Positions 62,815 to 64,000 of a stretch of DNA of 64,000 nucleotides are shown here, piece by piece. Source of the DNA: Rhina ancylostomus (lineage: Eukaryota); NCBI GenBank assembly GCA_030265395.1, contig JARFYF010000104.1, positions 27,235,429-27,299,428 of the forward strand, in the 5' to 3' direction. The notes below the pieces were generated by a model that was not told the DNA's origin, did no database searches, and saw nothing but the letters and a program-made list of their open reading frames with translations. The position numbers were made by a program, and so were the translations under genes. Each line of letters begins with the position of its first letter. Positions within the stretch are counted from its first letter, which is position 1.

Positions 62815-64000
62815 TGGGCAACATGACGTTGTCAAGGGCAGATCCTGTCTGACCTATTTGGTTGAATTCTTTGAAAAGGCATCAAAGCATATCGATGAGG
62901 GCAGGCAAGTGGATGTGATTTGCATAGACTTCAGTAAAGTTTTTGACAAGGTCCCAAAAATAGAGACTGGTTCAAAAGGTTAGGGCCCATGGGATTCAGG
63001 GCAATTTGTCAAACTAGATTCAAAATTGGTTTGGCAATAGGAGAGAGAAGGTGATGGTAGAGGATTGTATTTATAATGGGATGTCTGTGACTAGTGGTTT
63101 CCCAAAAAGGCTAGTGGTAGGACCCTTGCTGTTTGCAATATACATGAATGACTTGGATGTGGATGTGGGAGGCATGATCAATAAGTTTGTGAATGACACA
63201 AGATTGGTGGAGTTGTTGACAGGGTAGTAGGTAGTCTTAGTTTGCAGAGAGATAGCGATGTGTTTGCGGAATGAGCTGAAAAATGGAAGATGGAGTTTAA
63301 TAAGACAAATGTAGGAGCACTAATGAGGCCAGGACATACACCATGAATGGTAAGGGTTGGGAAGTATTGAGGAACAGACAGAGTACTAGTCATAGATCCT
63401 TGAAGGTGGCAGCGCATGGTTAGGAAGGAACATGGTTAGGAAGGCATGTGGGATGCCAGCCTTCATTAGTTGGGGCATTGAATACAGAAGTAGGGAGGTT
63501 ATGGTCCAACTTTATAAACCCTGGGTCAGACCTCAGCTGGACTACTGTGTGCAGTTTTGTTCACCACAGTATAGGAAGAGTGTGCTAGCGCTGTGCAGAG
63601 GAGGTTCACCAGGATGTTGCCTGGGATGGAACAGTTCAGTTCTGAAGAGAGGCTAGAGAGGCTAGGTCTGTCCTCCCTGGAGCTGAAGAGGTTAACAGGG
63701 ACATGATTATGGTATATAAAATTATGAGGGCTATAGACAGTGTAGTTTGCAGGAAACTACTCCTCATATCAGAGGTACATAAAACTAGAGGTTGTAGGCC
63801 TAGGGATAAGGGGGAAGAGATTCAGAGAGGATCTGAGGGGGACCTTCTTCATCCAGAGGATGGTGAGTACCTGGAATGCACTGCCTGAGCAAGCAGGTCA
63901 CTAACAGCATTTAAGAGGTGTCTAGATAAGCAGTTGAATCACCTAGGCATAGTGGGCTGGAGACCAAGTACTGGAAAATGGGGTTAATACGGACAGGTGC
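62815..64000 (+). mobile_element. CR1 LINE RT domain to 3' end, disrupted
   Basis: DFSKVFDKVP, PLLFAIYMNDLD, KFVNDT (decayed FADD) and LYKPWVRPQLDYCVQF motifs. Confidence 0.92.

Noticed and set aside
36997-64000. EphA5 exon 3 (expected WEEIGEVDENY...)
   Set aside because: No matching ORF in any frame; it lies beyond the window or within a gap

Overview
Vertebrate, repeat-rich genomic DNA from a gapped draft assembly. The repeat repertoire (many CR1 LINEs, V-SINEs, Deu-domain SINEs, Rex/Babar, RTE and Penelope-like elements) points to a cartilaginous fish; the species cannot be fixed from sequence alone. The window holds the 5' end of an EphA receptor gene on the + strand, best matching EPHA5: a CpG-island promoter (~23.3-25.3 kb), coding exon 1 (24203-24329) and the 65-nt exon 2 (36932-36996). 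Exon 3 is not visible before 64000. Most notable extras: (1) an orphan IQGAP-family exon fragment with an intact phase-1 donor at 9664-9729, next to a gap; (2) four TGATTGAY (PBX/HOX/MEIS-type) motifs spaced 50-51 bp apart with unrelated spacers at 5560-5727; (3) a Penelope-like insertion with a 15-bp TSD, an inverted end, a GIY-YIG remnant and a near-intact minimal hammerhead ribozyme (40623-41303); (4) a solo LTR with a 4-bp TSD (16463-16742). Repeat boundaries are by eye and approximate, and all family assignments come from recalled consensus sequences, not a database search.
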